Assembly (NCBI GenBank): GCA_963514005.1
Contig: OY740795.1
Coordinates: forward strand, 62,001 to 126,000
Direction of reading: 5' to 3'
DNA from: Raja brachyura
Lineage: Eukaryota
Length of the DNA: 64,000 nt
The notes below the pieces were generated by a model. The model was given only the letters and a program-made list of their open reading frames with translations. It was not told the DNA's origin and ran no database searches. The translations under genes were made by a program, and so were the position numbers. Of the stretch, positions 51,418 through 62,865 are shown in pieces. Within the stretch, counting starts at the first letter, position 1. Every line of letters begins with the position of its first letter.

Positions 51418-51580
51418 TAAGTTAAGTTTAGTTTAGCTTAGTTTAGTTCAGTTCAGTTTATTCAGTTTAGTTTAGTTTCATTTCGTTTAGTTTAGTTCAA
51501 TTCAGTTCGGTTAAGTTAAGTTTAGTTTAGTTTAGTTTAGTTTAGTTTGTTTAGTTTAGTTCAGTTTAGCTTGGTTTAGA
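51418..51580. repeat. (tttag/ttcag)n microsatellite
   Basis: Pentamer array. Confidence 0.9.
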
Positions 51581-52232
51581 TTACTTTATTTTTGTCACGT
51601 ATAATGAGAAACTGTGAAAGAAAAGTTTTGTTTGCGTGCTGAACAGTCAAAGAAAAGACTGCACATGTCTTCGTGTGTGCACTTAGGGACTGGGGGATAG
51701 AGTGAAAGAAAGCTGGACATTGAATGCCCCATATGGAGCAGCGCGGCTATACTCCTTGGATGCGGACAATGGGGAGATACAATTATTTGGAATACTTCAA
51801 ACTCGCCACAGTTCCAATTAATATCTTCCAAACCTCCGCGAAGGACTGCATGTCACCTATGCCGCGCACCGATGTATTGAATGCCGCGCACCCTCAACTC
51901 TGAACGTAATGTGCATTCACACGTGTTCAATACATCAATTCCCCTTTGATCTTCATAACTACAGGTCTATATTTGTCTCTGCTTGTCCCGTTGCTCTATT
52001 GTTGTGCCTGGCACAAAAAACCTTCTTCATAACATCATTCCCCAATTCCGCCCTTGTCCATACTTTCCTTCTGGCTATTCGAGTTCTCTCCAGACCTTAT
52101 TTCGACGGTGAAAGTGACGGATGTTGAAATATTGAGCAGCATTGAAAGTAGCGGTGAAGCTCAGTAGATCAGGCTTCATCGCTGGAGGAAAATAGACAGG
52201 CGATGTTTGGGGTCAATTGCTAATTACTATTG

Positions 52233-54039
52233 TGTTAAGTAAGGAACTGCAGATGCTGGAGAATCGAGGGTTACACAAAAAGCTGGAGAAACTCAGCGGG
52301 TGCAGCAGCATCTAAGGCGCGAAGGAGATAGGCGACGTTTCGGGTCGATACCCTTCTTCAGACTGGTCAGGGATCAGGGAAACGAGAGATATAGACAGTG
52401 ATGTGGAGAGATAAAGAACAATTAATGAAAGATATGCAAAAAAGTATTGATGATAAAGGAAACAGGCCATTGTAAGCTGCTTGTTGTGTGGAAATGAGAA
52501 GCTAGTGCGACTGGGGTGGGGGGGGGGGGAGATGGAGAAGGAATGTCAGGGCCCGAGGGCTGAGGGAGAGGTGGGGAGGGGGAGGGGGCAGTCTTGGTTA
52601 ACAGAATTGAGAAAATTCAATGTTTAAGCCCAGAGGATGCAGACTCCCCAAGCGGAATATGAGGTGCTGTTCCTCCAACTTGCGGTGTTGCTCACTCTGG
52701 CCGTGGAGGAGGCCCAGGACCGAGAGGTCGGATATGGAATGGGAGGGGGAGTTGAAATGCTGAGCAACCGGGAGGTCGGGTTGGTTATTGTGGACCGAGC
52801 GGAGTGACCTCAGTGACTATTCCACTGGGTCTTCCCCATCCACCTCCTACCATGTAACCCCTGCTCTTTCCCACCCACACCACAGCCCCCATACCCCCAC
52901 ACCCCCTGACCACCCTCCACCCCCCCACCACACAACGCTCCGTCCTCAGTCCACTCACCTGCCTTCCTCCAGCCACAACCCCCATCACTGCCGCGTGTTC
53001 ACCATCCACCCGGACCTCCCCCTCTCCGACACCGAAAGGTCGGTCCTCAGCAGAGGTCTTACCTTTGTCCCCCTCCGTCCCCACCTCAATGAGTTCCGCG
53101 CCCACCACGACTTGGAGCTCTTCTACCGTCGCCTCCGCCTCACAGCATTCTTCCACGGGAATAAGTCCTCGCCCCCCACTGATGATCCCTTTTCCTGTCT
53201 CCCATGTACCCCATCCTCGTGGACCCCCCCTCGTGGCCCTCCAGCTTTACAACTTTTATACAGAACTGCCGTCGGGACATCAACCGCCTCGACTTCTCCA
53301 CTCCCCTGTCTCACTCCAATCTCTCCCCCTCCGAACGTACTGCCATCGACTCACTCCGCAACAACCCAGACTGGGTTATCAAACCCGCCGACAAGGGAGG
53401 TGCCGTGGTAGTCTGGCGCGTCGATCTCTACAAAGCGGAGGCCACGCGCCAACTCTCGGACACCTCCTCCTACTTACCCCTGGATCATAACCCCACTGAC
53501 GAGCACCAGGCCACCATCTCGAGCACCATAACCGACGTCATCAACTCCGGCTCCCTACCCACCCGAGCCTCCAACCTCATCGAGTGTTGCTCACTCTGGG
53601 CCTCCTCCACGGCCAGAGTGAGCAACACCGCAAGTTGGAGGAACAGCACCTCATATTCCGCTTGGGGAGTCTGCATCCTCTGGGCTTAAACATTGAATTT
53701 TCTCAATTCTGTTAACCTAGACTGCCCCCTCCCCCTCCCCACCTCTCCCTCAGCCCTCGGGCCCTGACATTCCTTCTCCATCTCCCCCACCCCAGTCGCA
53801 CTAGCTTTTCATGTTCACACCACAAGCAGCTTACATTGGCCTGTTTCCTTTATCATCGATACTTTTTTGCATATCTTTCATTCATTGTTCTTTATCTCTC
53901 CACATCACTGTCTATATCTCTCGTTTCCCTGATCCCTGACCAGTCTGAAGAAGGGTCTCGACCGGAAACGTCGCCTATCTCCTTCGCTCCTTAGATGCTG
54001 CTGCACCCGCTGAGTTTCTCCAGCTGTTTGTGTAACCCT
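52233..54039 (+). mobile_element. Penelope-like element derivative with ~450 bp inverted terminal repeats
   Basis: PLE ORF pieces LSRGLTFVP...FYRRLRL and SNLSPSER...VIKPADKGGAVVVW. Inverted repeats at 52268-52717 and 53595-54039, flanked by gctaattactattg and gccaattactattg. Confidence 0.88.
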
Positions 54040-54113
54040 GCCAATTACTATTGCTAATTACAATTACTAATTAGCCGGTTGCCCGTTGTATCCCGGTCGT
54101 CACTGCCAACTAC

Positions 54114-54944
54114 GTGTCTCCTCAAGAGCTCATTGTCGACTTCAGGAAGCACAGCACCGATTTAGCCCCCTTATACATCAACGGCGAGTGTGTGGAGAGG
54201 GTCCACACCTTCCGGTTTCTCGGCGTCCTCATCTCCGCTGACATCTCCTGGACAGACAACACCACAGCGGTCATCAAGAAGGCTCAGCAGCGGCTGCACT
54301 TCCTGAGGGTCCTCAGGAAGCACAACCTGGACTCCAACCTGCTGCTGACCTTCTACCGCTCGTCCATTGAGAGCCTGTTGACATACTGCATTACAGCATG
54401 GTACGGCAGCTGCACCATGGCAGACAGGGAGAGGCTTCAGAGGGTAGTTAGGGCAGCACAGAAGATCATCGGCTGCCCTCTCCCCTCTCTGATGGACATT
54501 TACACCTCCCGCTGCCTCAGCAGGGCGAAGAACATTATCAAGGACAGCTCCCATCCTGCATTTGGCCTCTTCAACCTGCTACCCTCAGGGAGGCGCTATA
54601 GGTGCATCAGCACAAGGACAAATAGACTCAAGAACAGTTTATTCCCAAAATCCATCATCTCCCTGAACTCACACATGCATTGACATCACAGCCTAACCCC
54701 GGACTTTCATCTATCCACCTACTGTAATTTGTACTGTAACTGTAACCTATACTGGATATAGGAATCCTATTGTCCATTCTATTTGTCCATTGCCTTTTTA
54801 TAGATATGTATATAGCGCTGCAGAAACTGTGCACCTTACCCCCCCCCCCTTTTTGTCTTGTTTTGCACTGAGTAGGAACAGTTTTTAATCTCACTGTCCA
54901 TGTGTATAGTGACATAAAAGGCATTCAGATTCTGATTCTGATTC
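54114..54944 (+). mobile_element. Rex1/Babar-type LINE 3' fragment
   Basis: Open 189-aa ORF (ELIVDFRK...FRFLGV...KKAQQRLHFLR...LLPSGRRYR) with an (attctg)n tail. The empty site is at about 33490. Confidence 0.88.
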
Positions 54945-56045
54945 CTGAAGCACGAATGCGGCCAGCAAAGTTGATTCAATTCCAACTGGTTATTGGGCTG
55001 GGCCGGCATCGCCGTGCTGCGTCTATCGCCTTACCAACTGCTCTCCTCAGATATATTTCAACTTTTACAAATGAATCCGCCATTCCTGCTAATATTTGCA
55101 CTACAGTCCAGCAATACACTACATAAATGATCATATAGACGTGTATACGATCACGAGGGGAATAGGCAGCGTGTATTCACAGAGTAGGGTTCTTTCGAAT
55201 CAAGGGCTTGAGGACAAAAGTATGAGGTGAGACGGGGACATTTAATAGGAACTTGAGGATAAGCTTTTTCACTCAATAGGTGGAGGGTATACGGAACGAG
55301 CTGCCAGAGGAGGTTGTTGTGGCAGTCACTATCTCACCTTTTAAACAACATTTTGATTAGGTACATGGAGAGGAAAGGTTCAGAGGGATGTGTGCCAAAC
55401 GCGGGGAGATCGGACTGGTGTAGATGGGCCATTTCGATGTGGGCGGATTGAGAGGAAGGGCCTATTTCCATGCTCTCTACTCCCACGATTCTATAACACG
55501 GTAAATCTACTGCACAGAAGATTATGTACGGCATATAGTTCCCAATGCAACAACACCTCTCAAATCAATTATCTCTGTCACCAAAACATATTACGCAGCG
55601 TGTGCATGGGCCCCAAGGACAGCGAACAGTGGCTCCCACTCGCTCTTTCTCTCTCACACACACATTCACACACACACAAACACCGACCAATATGTCCCAT
55701 CTACACTAATCACACCAGCCTGCGCTTGGCCCATATTCCTCCATGTCTATCCTTTCCATGTACCTGTCTAAAGCGTTGCGCTAGTACCTTTCTCCACTAC
55801 CTACCCCGGCAGCTCGATCCAGACACCCACCACCGTTTGCGTAAAAAGGTTTCCCCTCTGGTTCCTATTAAATCCCCACCACACACACACCTTAAACCTG
55901 TATCCTCTGGTTCTCTATTCCCCTATACTGGGCAAGTGACTTTGTGTGTTTACCCGATCTAGATATCTTATTTGTAACCCCTTCATCCCCATGCGCATCA
56001 TGGAATAAAGTCCGAGCCAACTTATCCTCGCCATATATGCTCAGA

Positions 56046-56360
56046 GGCACGGCGGCACGGTGGCGTGCGGTAGAGCTACATCCTTACTGCGCCAGAGACC
56101 CGGGTATCCTGAATACTGGTGCTTGTATGTACACAGTTTGTACGCTCACCCCGTGACTTGCGTGGATTTTCTCCGAGATCTTGGGTTTCCGCCCACACTC
56201 AAAAGACGTAATGTTAGTAAGTTAATTGGCTTGTTATAAAATGTAAAATTTTCCCTCATGTGTGTAGGGTATTGTTGATGATAGCGGATCACTGGTAGGT
56301 GCGGACTCGGTGGGCCGAAGGGCCCGATTCCGCGCAGTATCTCTGAACTGCACTAAATAA
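56046..56360 (+). mobile_element. tRNA-derived SINE (V-SINE/HE1-like)
   Basis: Duplicate of 34612-34935. Confidence 0.75.
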
Positions 56361-56896
56361 AACGTTGGTGCTGGCAACATCGTCTCAAGTCTTTCCTGAT
56401 TGACAATATTTTTCATATAACACGTGCCCAAAACGGAACGCAATACTTTAAAGGTGGCCGCGCATCCTAACTTGCACCAATCTCGCATCGAATCCGTTCC
56501 TTGCGGTTCGATGGGGATAATTTCTCACTCGGAGATAAATTTAAACAGAAAGAACATTTCGCCAGGCAATAAACGTAACCTATCAATCCATAATTGACCC
56601 GTTCATCACAGTTCCTTTGCATTATGGTTACTTAGAGTTCCTCATAAGGCCGAGCCGAGTTTCCCCTGTTACATCGATGAGTAACTTTCCATTCCCACCC
56701 AGTGACTACATGCCTAACCTGAATGAACGCTGACCGAATCCCAACTGGGGAGGAAGTTGAGGTTGGTGGAAGTCAGTCACTTCCCGCCCACCGTTACTAC
56801 TGCGCCACCAGCACCAGCAGGAGAGGCGAGAACATTCGAAAGCCGCACAGCACAAGGTCGACGATGGACATTCACAAAGGGTTTTTCACTGGGAAA

Positions 56897-57610
56897 CTGC
56901 GCGTATTTGCCATTTGGATTGTGTGGGGAGCATGCCTGAGAGGTAACGTCGCAGCAGTTAATCCGGCTAATTACACCGACGGAACGTCGACCATCATTGT
57001 GAATGCGAACCGGTCTAATCTTTCTCTATATGTAAATAGAAAGCCGGGTACAACCTAAGCGCCATCAATATGCCATGGAGAAAATGAGTTGGTATAGGTA
57101 ATATTTTGGTTCGAGACCCATCTTCAGGTCACCTATTCTTTTTGTCAAAGAGAGGCTGGCTGACCCGCTGAGTTACTCCAGCTTTTAGTGTCAAACTTCG
57201 GTTTCAGTCAGCATCTGCAGTTCCTTCCTACCTATAAGCCGCGACAATGTTCGATTCACCTCGATATGCAAGGGAACTATGCGATGCATGTCTACCCCAG
57301 TGTGGACTTCGGCCTTTGTCTCGGGAACTGATTCTCCACAATAATATGAACTTTATTCTGGACTTTCGATTTTCCCTGTATCTATCTATTCAACGTGCGT
57401 TTGGTTTGATTGTATTTAAGTATATTATCAGTTGATCTGTTTGGGTAGCATGTAATACTAAGGCCTTCCGTATTTTTTGTCCACGCATAACAAACCTAAA
57501 TCTAATCCTCTTTTTCAGTTCCCAATCATGGAGATACCGTCACACAATCGCTGCCGTCAGCACAGAAGTTAGAAGGAGAGTCGATGACTTTCAGCTGCAC
57601 CTATGATACC
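56897..57610 (+). pseudogene. Truncated TCR V pseudogene, duplicate of 35503-36432
   Basis: The leader start is CTG instead of ATG (56897). The V exon from 57519 stops after FSCTYDT; about 309 bp spanning CDR1 to the RSS are deleted at 57610/57611. Confidence 0.9.
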
Positions 57611-58969
57611 GTTGTGGTTTTCCGCCGCCTGAGAATTCTTCCGAACTCACTCAGTTTCTCTCGGGGGCGGCTTGCGGTGTCATCGGCGCAGCTGAAACCC
57701 ACCAACTCCCTTTCTATGTTGAGGGCCGCATCTGTGTGCACAGAATCGCCGTGTCTGGTGTCCGGAAAACACATGGATTGGCTTTACATTTATTATGGTT
57801 AGAGATACAGTAATAAACTATGCTTTGCATACTAGCCAGCAGATCAGATAACGATCCATAATTACAACCCACTCAAAGGGAAATATGCGGAGGTGTGCTC
57901 CCTACTTGGCGATATTCTGCTCGATTGGGGAATGCAATGTTGCTCATTGCGGCTGAGCGCAGTACATCGAGTGCTTTATTGTCAACGTCATCGCAGCCGT
58001 GGACAAGAAAAGAGCAATTCCACACTTGCTCATTGATAGCATCGCGGAAGCCTGGCGCGGTTCCCAATTTCTGAGTTGGTGTCAACCATGCAACAACACC
58101 GGCCCCCGAAACTATCCGTGGTAGTCAAAAGAAAAGGGCTCGATGAGCGGAAACGATGACGAAGTGAGTCTGTGTAACCCACAACACATCAAGTGATCCT
58201 GCGTGCCACCTATTTGAGTTTTCAAAAACTCAAATTGACACTTCTTTCTTGCACCCCTCTTTACTCGGTTTGCCGGGAGACTGGTGCCAACATGGTTCAA
58301 GTGGACGCAGCTCCAGCAAATGGTTTTATTTTTTGCTGCCGATTACATCACCCCTCATCTGTTGAGTCGGTATAATCACCGGGTGATTCAGCGGCAAGAC
58401 GATTAGGAAATAGGAGGGGCAAAGTGGTTCCAGTCAATTGGAGGCCAGGGCGGACGTTAGTGGCGAAGGTAATAATGTTAGCCAGTCCTGCCTGGTTCCA
58501 AGACGCAGTCCACAAGCCGTAGTCCGCGCATGGGAGTCCGAATGGGGATATTTGCGAGAATGTGTTTGGAACAAAGGATGCTCCATATGGACAACGAAGA
58601 AACAGGCTTCGTACCAATACCTGCTTTTCTATCCACCCGTCTCTCCCTCTTTAATCTTCTGGTGGGGATTCACCGTTCGTGTACTACATTTTGTCTCGCG
58701 CATTCCATTTTCTTGTACAATGTCTGGCAGGCGGCGCTTAGTTCCTCCAACACATAATTTTATGTTTGCCGCAGATTCCATGTCTAGTCATTTGTGACTT
58801 GTCTCTAATGGACTACAAAGTTTTCACTACAAAACTGCGTATGGTGCAAATACATAGAATTATTTCCCGCACTTTCGAGCAAAAAGGAGAAGCTACGCTC
58901 TGGAAATTTTGTCCTCCTGCAATGCGTCTATGCAGCGAATAAGGATGAGGTGTAGATTCAAATTGACAT

Positions 58970-59070
58970 CCTTCAGGTGGCAGCTCAACCAACCGCTCGT
59001 CACCCGCGACGGCGGTTTCTTGCTCCTCCAAGGTCAGCTTGCAGTTACTGAATATCCCACAGGAGGGCGC
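58970..59070 (+). promoter_or_regulatory. Pair of candidate CTCF sites
   Basis: ccttcaggtggcag (58970-58983) and ccacaggagggcgc (59057-59070), each preceded by a tg(c/t)ag-type upstream motif. Confidence 0.45.
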
Positions 59071-60197
59071 TCAACCTTAGACAAGTGGGATATGAAATAG
59101 CGGAGTCAAGTCAACTGCAGATGTTGAAACAAATAACTGCAGATACTTATTTGCAAACTAAACTACGCAAAGTGCAGGAGTAACTGAGGGATTCAGATAT
59201 ATCTCTGGCGAACGTGGATAGGCAACGTTTACGGTCGGACGCCTCTTCAGAAGGATCGTGGTGGAGGACTTGGAAGAGAGCTGGGGTGGTACAATGTCTG
59301 TCAAGCGACTGGTGGATTCTGGGTCGGTTTGATTGCCAGTTGGTTGGACAAAGAGGAGAGATGTAAAGATAAAAACTGTGAGATAATAGGATAAGGACAG
59401 AACAGGCTCGTAAATGAATTGTTCGCCACGTCCACCTGCTCGGCGTTTATCCTCCTCGTTGGGTTTCCCTCATAGTTCAGACAAAACATGTGAACTGAAA
59501 AGCGAACGTGGTATCGACGTTTCTTGAATTGCGGAAATCGGTTGGATTTTTACCCAACACCAAATGCGGGATAGAATAATTTAATAAAATCAATTATATT
59601 AATCTAACAGTGAAAGGGTTTATTGGGGGGAAACATGAGAAACTATTAATGCCTGCAGTAACTGATGATCAGATAATGTGCGAGTATAAGATGTGTGGAG
59701 CGATTAGGAAGGGTGTGCTTATTATTGTCTATTTTTGTTGGTTATTGTCCATTTATTTCTCCGTTTTTACGTAAGGTTTTACTGAAGGTTCTTTGTTGGT
59801 TTTATGGGTTTGACACGGTACAATGTTTATATATATGGTGCTAGTGCAAGAGAGACTTTCATTTTTCCATTTCGGGACATGTGACAAAAAAGGAATGCGG
59901 AAAACCCCATCTTGGGACCACATGCCGTGGAGATGGAGGAATTCAGAGGAGACGATATAATATCTGTAAGAGGCAGAGTGGGAAGAGATATATACTCTGG
60001 GAGTCCGTGGGTTTGTATATAACAGTTACAACAGTTTGCACGGGCAGCAAAGAAACATGGTTGATCATATTTTGGCCTGGAATAAAGGGGTTGAAGGGTA
60101 ACTTCACAGAAGATTGTAACGTTGCGAGAAGCATCGCGTGAGGCGGCAGGGAGTATCCCTGTCGGTATAGTGTCGGTATAATCAAAAACATGATTAG

Positions 60198-61610
60198 AAG
60201 TGTAAAAGCATTCTGCCCCCCGAGTCAATACTTTGTAGAACCGCCTTTCGCTGCAATTACAGCTGCAAGTCTTTTGGGGTATGTCTCTGCCAGCTGTGCA
60301 CATCTAGATACTAACATTTTTGGCCATTCTTCTTTGCAAAATAGCTCAAGCTCAGTCAGATTGGATGGAGAGCGTCTGGCAACAGCAATTTTCAAGTCTT
60401 GCCAGAGATTCTCAATTGGATTTAGGCCAGGACTTTGACAGGGCCATCATAACCCATGAATATGCTTTGATCTAAACCATTCCATTGTAGCTCTGGCTGC
60501 ATGTTTAGGGTCGTTAGCCTGCTGGAAGGTGAACCTCCGCCCCAGTCTCAAGTCTTTTGCAGACTGTAACAGGTTTTCTTCCAAGATTGCCCTGTATTTG
60601 GTCCATCCATCTTCCCATCAACTCTAACCAGCTACGCTGCCGAAGAAAAGCATCCCCACGGCATAATGCTGCCACCACAATGTTTCGCAGTGGGGATGGT
60701 GTGTTCAGGGTGATGTGCAGTGTTAGATTTCCGCCACACATAGCGTTTTGCATTTAGGCCACAAATTTCCATTTTGGTCTCATCAGACCAGAGCACCTTC
60801 CTCCACATGTTTGCTGTGTCCCCCACATGGCTTGTGGCAAACAGCAAGCGGGACTTCTTATGGCTTTGTTTCAACAATGGCTTTCTTCTTGCTACTCGTC
60901 CATAAGGGCCCGATTTGTGGAGTGCACGACAAATAGTTGTCCTGTGGACAGATTCTCCCACCTGAGCTGTGGATCTCTGCAGCTCCTCCAGAGTTACCAT
61001 GGATCTCTTGGCTGCTTTTCTGACCAATGCTCTCCTTGCCCGGCCTGTCAGTTTAGGTGGACAGCCATGTCTTGGTAGGTTTGCAGTGGTGCCACACTCT
61101 TTCCATTTTCGGATCATCGATTGAACAGTGCTCCGTGAGATGTTCAAAGATTGGGATATTTTTTTATAACCTAACCCTGCTTTAAACTTCTCCACAACTT
61201 TATCCCTGACCTGTCTGGTGTGTTCCTTGGGCTTTATGATGCTGTTTATTCACTAATGTTCTCTAACAGACCGTTGAGGCCTTCACAGAAGTATTGATAC
61301 TGAGATTAGATTACACACACGTGGACTATTTATTAATCAGGTGACTTCTGAAGGCAATTGGTTGCACTGGATTTTATTTAGGGGTATCAGAGTAAAGGGG
61401 GCTGAATACTTTTGCACGCCACACTTTTCAGTTTTTTTATTTGTAAAAAAATTTGAAAACCATGTATCATTTTCCTTCCACCTCACAATTATGCGCCACT
61501 TTGTGTTGGTCTATCACATAAAATCCCAATAAAATACATTTACTTTTGCGATTATAACGTGACTAAATGTGGAAAAGCTCAAAGGGTATCAAAACTTTTA
61601 CAAGTCACTG
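60198..61610 (-). mobile_element. Tc1-like DNA transposon, defective
   Basis: ORF 60632-61195 has an HTH region (GYKKIS...SRSTV), GRVARRKP and WSDETK, and the C-terminal STKY* is near 60226. The start is mutated to ATA. The right end is ...cactg with an internal direct repeat at about 61395, and the left TIR is truncated. Confidence 0.92.
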
Positions 61611-61724
61611 TGTATTTTGTTGCAGAGAGAGTCCTTGATATTCGGAAGAAGCCTGCAGAAGAGGGAGTGGAACCAGATAAAATCACAATCTTCACAAAGG
61701 AGGTTACATAACGAACTCTGCACG

Positions 61725-62030
61725 GGGCGTGCGCTGGTGCAGCGGTGGATTTGGAGCCTGATAGTGCTTGCAACGCCGGGTTCAAATCCAAACACAGGTG
61801 GTGTTTGTACGGGGTTTGTCCGTTCTCCCCGTGACCTCGGTGGGTTTTCTCAGAGATCATCTGTTTCCTCGCATATTCGAACGGCGTACAGGTATCTAGG
61901 TGAATTGGCTTGGTAAATGTAAAAAATGCCCTAGTGTGTGTAGTATAGTGTTAATATGCGGGATCGCTGGTCGGCGTGGACCCGTTGGGCCGCAGAGCCT
62001 GTTTCCGCGCTGAATCTCTAAACTAAATTC
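61725..62030 (+). mobile_element. tRNA-derived SINE (V-SINE/HE1-like)
   Basis: Core gtttgtccgttctccccgtgacc and tail gcctgtttccgcgctg.atctctaaactaaa. Confidence 0.7.
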
Positions 62031-62704
62031 AAAGGGAATCGCTGCAAGGCGAACCGGGCGAACGTGATTGGTGCAGAAGGTAAAAATATCGACATGGACG
62101 TCGTGGATTGAATAGACCTATTTTGTGTTGTATGAACATGTTTTACTATGTCGTGGTTGATTTAACCATGCTTTTTCAGACGCCTGTGTCATAAATAGTG
62201 TAAAATTTGTTCCCTGTATTGTTACGACGTTGTCGATGTCTCCAAACTACACGATTATAACGAAGATCGTGCAACGCACCTATTTCGGACATAACCCTTT
62301 TTCTGAGATTCGATGACTCTCGAAGAGTTCCTCAGACATCATGATTCAACGGGCATTCGGTAAACTCGCTCATGTCTATTTAGATCGAGTACTCGTTGCT
62401 CCGTAATGCCTGTCAGGTCTATCCCTTCCCTGTACAAGGATAAGGATGTTTTCTTCCCCACCGGGATCTCTGCAAGCGGAACCACTTCCCTGGAAGGACG
62501 CAGACGTGTCGTGTCTTGGGAAGTTGACGAGGACGGGGTATGGAGGGCGGAGCGATTCGGCACAGGGGTTCCCATTCGTTGTCCGTCACTGCCCGCTCAC
62601 CCTCGTCACAGCCTCATCAGCGCAAGCAGGAGAGACGATCAAACCCGAAAGCCCCACAGCACCCGATCGAGCAGGTTATTTATCAAACCATCCTTCATTA
62701 GAAA

Positions 62705-62750
62705 ATGCGATACTTCGCCATCTGGATTGTGTGTGGAGCATGTCTGACAG
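62705..62750 (+). CDS. TCR V leader exon; V exon not in window
   Basis: MRYFAIWIVCGACLT-g|gtaaaa is homologous to the leader at 35503-35548 and has the same upstream gaaagcc(g/c)cacagcac motif. Confidence 0.8.
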
Positions 62751-62865
62751 GTAAAACAATAGCAACAGTTGAGATGTGAAAGGGAATGCATTTGGAGTGG
62801 CGACTGGAACCAGACTAAGTTGCCCGTATAAAAATATATATTGGGTAATGTGCGTTACACCACCA

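Larger units (their letters stand above)
44867..58810 (+). repeat. Tandem segmental duplication, copy 2
   Basis: Colinear with 27280-44845. Confidence 0.9.

Noticed and set aside
55390-55962. 190-aa ORF (and the 128-aa ORF at 34159) as a conserved gene
   Set aside because: The similarity comes from the segmental duplication, and the sequence is antisense CR1 3' remnant plus CA/CT repeats.
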